In this document: one piece after another, positions 61,631 through 64,000 of the stretch
Position numbering within the stretch: position 1 is the stretch's first letter
How the letters are laid out: every line of letters begins with the position of its first letter
Assembly (NCBI GenBank): GCA_964658305.1
Contig: OZ210884.1
Coordinates: forward strand, 5,518,001 to 5,582,000
Direction of reading: 5' to 3'
Source of the DNA: Leptogorgia sarmentosa
Taxonomy: Eukaryota
DNA: 64,000 nucleotides
The notes under the pieces: generated by a model
Databases searched by the model: none
What the model saw: only the letters and a program-made list of their open reading frames with translations
What the model was told of the DNA's origin: nothing
Translations under genes and position numbers: made by a program

Positions 61631-63739
61631 ATGGGAGGTTTAAGCTGTGGAATGACTTGCATGAAATATCTCCTCTTTGCATTCAATCTAGTTTTTTGGG
61701 TGAGTTTGGTCTCATTAATTTTGCCACACAAGTCTGCAATATATTTTTTGCTACTATATACGCCACGTTAAACTATATATTAGGTAGTTCTAGCTTATCA
61801 ATGAGACACATAATATATAGCTAGCTATAGCTAGTGTACGTTCAAGACATCGTTCAATTTAACGAGAGATAAACGACACGGGTAACATTGTGTCTTGTTC
61901 AGATTTTGTTTTGGGGGAAATAACGTATATATAAGTAGCTGTAGATCGTGACTTTAGCGCATGCATGTAAAAAATTCTCGTCAATTTATTCAGTGCAAAT
62001 TTTCATATTTAAACAGATCTGATGTATTAAAACTACATGTGTGTATTTAAGCCTTCCACAACACGTCTTGTAAACATCTGAATGGAAATCGGACACTGAA
62101 TGCAAAAGTTTTATGGTTTTCAATTCATTGGTTTTGAGTCGATGACAAAATTAAACCACAAGTGTAGACGACGAAAAACTACTAGATTATTTTTATTTCA
62201 TTTTTTATGTTACTTAATTGACAACATTTCATTATATTTCTTATTTTAAGAACCTTGCGTATAAGTTCTCATCCGTTCGAACATATCACTGATGCCAGAT
62301 TAAAAAGTTTAATTCAGGGATATTATGATTTATGTGCATGCATGCATGTATGCGGGTATTACTAGAACGTTCATTTTAATCAGTTTTGATTGTTCATTTT
62401 TGATGCACTTGGCAACCATAATTTATACGAAACGTCCCACATCGAAACACATCATTTGCATGCAAGTTATTTTGAAAACACGGCAAAAGCGGCGCCAGCA
62501 ATGCAGCAGGCCATGCCATAAGTGCATGTCGCTTGTATTCAATTAATATATATACTACTATATTTAGAAATTAAATTAAAAATAGTTTAATTGAAGTTCA
62601 TGCATGAAATATGTTCACTTATTTCTTTCGAGATATATGTATATTGCTTCACTTGGAACGGAAATTTCATTCTTATTGTTTTTGTACTAAATTTAAAATA
62701 TTCTAGCATATTAATTCAATATTATGTTACTATGATTGTATTGACTAATAAATGTAACGATTTTGATTTTATCCAAGCCGGTGTAGGCTACGTGTCCTGT
62801 GATAAACAGGGTTCAGTAATTTCATTAAGAAGGACCAAAGGCATTGAAATAAGTGTCCCATATAGGTAACTTAACGTTCAGGGGCCGATTGTTCGTAGCA
62901 CGTTTAGCCTAAACGGTGGGTAAGTCCAAAATATCAAACACGTCTATGTGTTCATTGAAAAATAAAAATAAAAATTTTCAGTCTGAAAAGAACACTTGTG
63001 TACACAGCAACATATTTAGGGTTTAAAATTCATGTTCAGTTATTCACAAGATGAACGGGAGCGTAATTTAAATTTGACTTATCCACCGTTTAAGCTAAAC
63101 GGGCTACGAACAACCGGCCCCAGGATTTTTGCTTAAATTTTACAGTAAATTATTAATGAATTGTTCTCATAAAGAGATGATTTTTAGATTGATTCAGTGA
63201 TGCTCCAATTATACTTTGCACGCTTCAAGTTTAAGGTTTAAAGTTTTTACAGAGTAATATGGGAGGGAGCAACTTGTTTTGCACCAACTGCAATTAATTG
63301 GAATATTTACCCAAGAAAGCTACGAATTAGGTACCTGGACATCATGACATTCAAAAGCGGAAACTCTACAGACTCTACAGTTGTTTATCGTGCACTCCTA
63401 AGTCCTGACAGCCTTGTGTAGCAACTTCAAAAAATGACAATATAATCGTCAAGACTTGTTGTAAAGCCTTGATGCATAATGTTGACAGATTTTTCTGTGT
63501 TCATTTGATTGCCTGCAGCTCGCAGTTTTCATTTTTGACCATAATAGATCGCCGGTATCTCAGTGTTTGCTGTGGGTATCTGGAGTCGTGTAGCAGCAGA
63601 CGATTACGAAGTACTACTTGGCGATAATGATGTCGACACAGCTGCGAATATTTTAATCGCAGCTGGGGTACTGGTGCTGGTTATTGGCATTGTTGGTTGC
63701 TGTGGTGCTATCAAGGAAAACAAGTGTTGTTTGTTACTG
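61631..63739 (+). CDS. Tetraspanin E, 5' part (canonical CD63/TSPAN4/9-like N-terminus); continues past the window
   Basis: Exon 61631-61699 (MGGLSCGMTCMKYLLFAFNLVFW) and exon 63548-63739 (IAGISVFAVGIW...IGIVGCCGAIKENKCCLLL), phase 0, GT-AG. Confidence 0.93.
62882..63120. mobile_element. PIF/Harbinger-like MITE with CAG (CWG) TSD
   Basis: ~45-bp TIRs gggccgattgttcgtagcacgtttagcctaaacggtgg / ccaccgtttaagctaaacgggctacgaacaaccggccc. CAG on both sides. Confidence 0.85.
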
Positions 63740-64000
63740 GTAACAAATATATGCTATAACTTGTAGCCTGCTGGAATGAAAATGTTTAAATCGCGCTTTT
63801 CACACCAAACTAATCTAGCACCAAAGATGAGATATTTCCTTACGACACGACACTAGTAAAGATTTTTGCCAACTTGAATGCCTTTCAAGATCATGAATAT
63901 TACCAAAATACCTGGACGATACCTAATGAGCATAATTGTATTTTATCTCCAGCCCAGGTGAGCAATCTTTGTCGATAAAACGTTTTAATTCCATTTTAGT

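Overview
This is AT-rich animal genomic DNA with spliceosomal introns, not prokaryotic DNA. The repeat families and Shaker-channel features suggest a cnidarian (anthozoan), but that is inference. Exons were assembled by hand from splice sites and reading phase. The window holds five tetraspanin genes: A (+, 3' part only), B, C and D (-, complete) and E (+, 5' part only). A block of four minus-strand genes interrupts them: a Shaker/Kv1 potassium channel, a 270-aa single-exon orphan ORF, a ~1063-aa Dispatched-like sterol-sensing/RND protein with one GC-AG intron, and an LRP5/6-like gene. The LRP5/6-like gene has a signal peptide, propeller 1, EGF and propeller 2, then stops with no transmembrane or cytoplasmic exons, so it is a candidate secreted Wnt co-receptor decoy. 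Non-coding DNA contains a 1.7-kb 17-bp minisatellite, a ~110-bp-arm hairpin in a putative 3' UTR, a 2.95-kb EnSpm/CACTA-like non-autonomous element with GACGTC-rich subterminal arrays, tRNA-derived repeats and several MITE families with clear target-site duplications (TSDs). No CRISPR array, rRNA or intact tRNA gene is supported.
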